Source: an uncultured delta proteobacterium (lineage in GTDB: Bacteria > Myxococcota > Myxococcia > Myxococcales > Anaeromyxobacteraceae). From it: a DNA stretch of 64,000 nt. Positions 62,183 through 64,000 of the stretch are shown one piece after another (the stretch's first letter is position 1; every line of letters starts with the position of its first letter). The notes beneath the pieces are model-generated. The model was not told the DNA's origin. It worked only from the letters and a program-made list of their open reading frames with translations, and did not search any database. The stretch is from NCBI GenBank assembly GCA_963754915.1, contig CAVWHZ010000018.1:279827-343826 (forward strand), written 5' to 3'. The translations under genes were made by a program, and so were the position numbers.

Positions 62183-62333
62183 ATGCTGTGGACAATCGTT
62201 CTGATCCTGTTGGTGCTCTGGGCGGTGGGGCTCGTCACATCGACCACAATGGGCGGCCTCATCCACATCCTCCTCGTTGCCGCCATCATCATTCTGCTCG
62301 TCAGGGTCATCCAGGGACGCCGCGTCGTCTAGG
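62183..62333 (+). CDS. lmo0937-family small membrane stress protein, 50 aa; not in the supplied ORF track
   Basis: RBS AAAGGAG 6 nt upstream; MLWTIVLILLVLWAVGLVTSTTMGGLIHILLVAAIIILLVRVIQGRRVV. Confidence 0.55.
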
Positions 62334-62477
62334 ACGACGAGGGACAACTCGTCACCTTCGAGGCAGCTGGGGCGACCCGGGCAGTCGGCAGGAGCGTTTG
62401 TGGCCCGAGCAAAATTGCGCGACCCAGTCTGAAGGCCGCAGGAGCGGCGCGTTTCACACCAACACCCGCATACGAAA

Positions 62478-63026
62478 GTGAGAGCCATGACTGCATTCCG
62501 TACGCTGTACATCGCCGCCGGCCTCGCCGCCTGTTTGGCAACGCCTGCCACCGCCCGTGCCCACGCAACCGTGAAAGAGGCGGAGGACGCAGTAGCAGCC
62601 CTTCGGAAGGCCGACCCCAGCCTGAAGAAGTTCTTCGAGCACTCGGCTGGTTACGCCATCTTCCCCGACGTCGCCAAGGGCGGCCTGGTCATTGGCGGCG
62701 CCGGTGGGACGGGCTTCGTCTTCGAGAACGGGGCGGCTGTCGGTAAGACCACGCTATCCCAGGTTTCCATTGGCGCCCAGGTGGGTGGCCAAGCCTACTA
62801 CGAGATCATCTTCTTCGAGACCACAGAGGCGCTCGCCCAGTTCAAGAAGGGTGAGTGGACCATGGCCGCGCAGGTAAGCGCAGTGGCGCTCAAGTCGGGC
62901 GCTTCCGCCAACGCCGACTACAAGAGCGGAGTTGCGGTCTTCACCTTGAGCAAGGGTGGCGCCATGGCCGAGGCGAGCGTCGGCGGTCAGAAGTTCAGCT
63001 ACGAACCGATGGGCGGAACCAGCTAG
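62478..63026 (+). CDS. SYLF/Ysc84-like (DUF500) periplasmic protein, paralog of 48674-49276
   Basis: Signal MRAMTAFRTLYIAAGLAACLATPATARA; GYAIFPDVAKGGLVIGGAGGTGFVFENGAAVGKTTLSQVSIGAQVGGQAYYEIIFFETTEALAQFKKGEW. Confidence 0.5.
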   Translation: MRAMTAFRTLYIAAGLAACLATPATARAHATVKEAEDAVAALRKADPSLKKFFEHSAGYAIFPDVAKGGLVIGGAGGTGFVFENGAAVGKTTLSQVSIGAQVGGQAYYEIIFFETTEALAQFKKGEWTMAAQVSAVALKSGASANADYKSGVAVFTLSKGGAMAEASVGGQKFSYEPMGGTS

Positions 63027-63207
63027 AAGGCGCCTGAGTCTCGCACGCAGTTGGGGAGGTCCGCAGTCGAAACGTCAAACTGGGTTTCCCCGGGTTTAGG
63101 GCTGGATCGTGAAGGAAGAATTGATTCGCAAAAAAAAAGGCGAGGACGGCGCCGACACCCGCCGCCGTCCTATGGTCCGCGCGACCTTCGCAAACTGGAG
63201 AAAGAAG

Positions 63208-64000
63208 ATGCGGTACACGATTGTCATCCTTCTTGCGCTGTTGTGCCCGCCGACGCCTGCCAATGCGCAGGTGACGGTCGGGATCGGGCTTCCGAACGTC
63301 AGCATCGGCGTCAACGTGCCCGTCTACCCGCAACTGGTTCGCGTCCCCGGCTATCCCGTCTACTACGCTCCCGGTGTGGAAACGAACTACTTCTTCTACG
63401 ATGGGATGTATTGGGTCTGCCAAGGGGACAACTGGTACGCGAGCTCCTGGTACAACGGGCCGTGGGCCCTGGTGGCCCCGGACTCCGTGCCCGTCTACAT
63501 CCTCCGCGTTCCGGTCCGCTACTACCGGCATCCTCCTGTCTATTTCTACGGTTGGAACTCGGATGCGCCGCCTCGGTGGGGCGAACACTGGGGCGCGAGT
63601 TGGCAGCGGCAGCATGGTGGATGGGACAGGTGGAATCACCAGACGTCACCGTCGCCAGCACCACTGCCCGTCTATCAAGAGCAGTATTCCGGGAATCGCT
63701 ACCCGAGCGCGGCCCAGCAACAGACGCTGCACGGCCAGAACTACCGCTACGTGCCTCATGATGCCGCCGTGAAGCAAGCCTACCAAGCGCAGGGATTGCA
63801 CGGTGGTCAGGGGCCGTCCCAGCCGGTCGGCAAGGACGCGCACCTGGCGAAGAGTGCCCAGCAGCACGACGCGCAGCGCACAACCCCGCCTTCGGCGCAC
63901 GCGACGGCGCCCACGCCCAAGGGGCAGCCGGCGAAGAGTGTCCCGCAGCATGACGTACAGCGTACAAACCCGCCCTCGGCGCATGCGACGGCGTCCACGC
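63208..64000 (+). CDS. Secreted aromatic-rich protein, 3'-partial at the window edge; not in the ORF track because it has no stop in the window
   Basis: ATG 63208; signal MRYTIVILLALLCPPTPANAQ; YFFYDGMYWVCQGDNWYASSWYNGPWALVAPD...; the C-terminal part has tandem repeats AHLAKSAQQHDAQRTTPPSAHATAPTPKG / AKSVPQHDVQRTNPPSAHATAS. Confidence 0.45.
   Translation, partial: MRYTIVILLALLCPPTPANAQVTVGIGLPNVSIGVNVPVYPQLVRVPGYPVYYAPGVETNYFFYDGMYWVCQGDNWYASSWYNGPWALVAPDSVPVYILRVPVRYYRHPPVYFYGWNSDAPPRWGEHWGASWQRQHGGWDRWNHQTSPSPAPLPVYQEQYSGNRYPSAAQQQTLHGQNYRYVPHDAAVKQAYQAQGLHGGQGPSQPVGKDAHLAKSAQQHDAQRTTPPSAHATAPTPKGQPAKSVPQHDVQRTNPPSAHATAST

Noticed and set aside
63130-63172. A9 run followed by hairpin GGACGGCG…CGCCGTCC
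   Set aside because: On the + strand the A-tract precedes rather than follows the stem. On the - strand it would be a decent terminator, but there is no - strand gene to its right in the window. Left as an uncalled possibility.
1-64000. CRISPR arrays, rRNA and tRNA genes
   Set aside because: No regularly spaced direct repeats and no recognisable rRNA or tRNA-like sequence found on reading through; tRNA absence cannot be proven without a tRNA scan.

Overview
High-GC (~68%) bacterial chromosome segment, most likely myxobacterial. The pointers are a MYXO-CTERM-type sorting motif, an FHA-domain sigma54 enhancer-binding protein (EBP), TIGR02265-like paralogs and a CheB/CheR-hybrid kinase; these are inferences from motifs, not database hits. 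The window reads as an accessory, rearranged region.

(1) 0-12 kb: a PAS histidine kinase and FixJ-like regulator, followed by two non-coding degenerate copies of the regulator's 3' end. Also here are outer-membrane barrel genes, a truncated sulfatase, an MBL-fold hydrolase, and a tandem array of an Omp85-like barrel plus two DUF1254/DUF1214-type genes. Several of these carry frameshifts or deletions.

(2) 12-30 kb: housekeeping-type genes (Zn alcohol dehydrogenase, OmpA-family protein, thioesterase, DUF488) interrupted by three insertion sequences: two different IS630-family elements and an IS110-family element that abuts an IS630 end. Also two receiver-only response regulators, a frameshifted hemerythrin-like gene, and a paralog pair of small proteins.

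(3) 30-41 kb: an XRE regulator, a 704-aa flotillin-like SPFH protein with four internal repeats, a second Omp85-like barrel with a small barrel partner, and a DUF2950-like/DUF3300-like secreted pair.

(4) 41.6-64 kb: an island of periplasmic/envelope stress-type genes. These are LTXXQ/Spy-like, BON/OsmY-like, CsbD, an lmo0937-type peptide, two SYLF-like proteins, PilZ, VOC, PAP2, esterases and an AI-2E transporter. A CheB-CheR-PAS hybrid histidine kinase, an FHA-sigma54 EBP and a sigma-70-family factor sit with them.

The most interesting candidate is a nested-palindromic motif, GTTCGCGAACGTTCnCGAACGC, which recurs in five intergenic positions across this island. No CRISPR arrays, rRNA or tRNA genes were recognised. 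The motif-based domain calls cannot be confirmed without searches.
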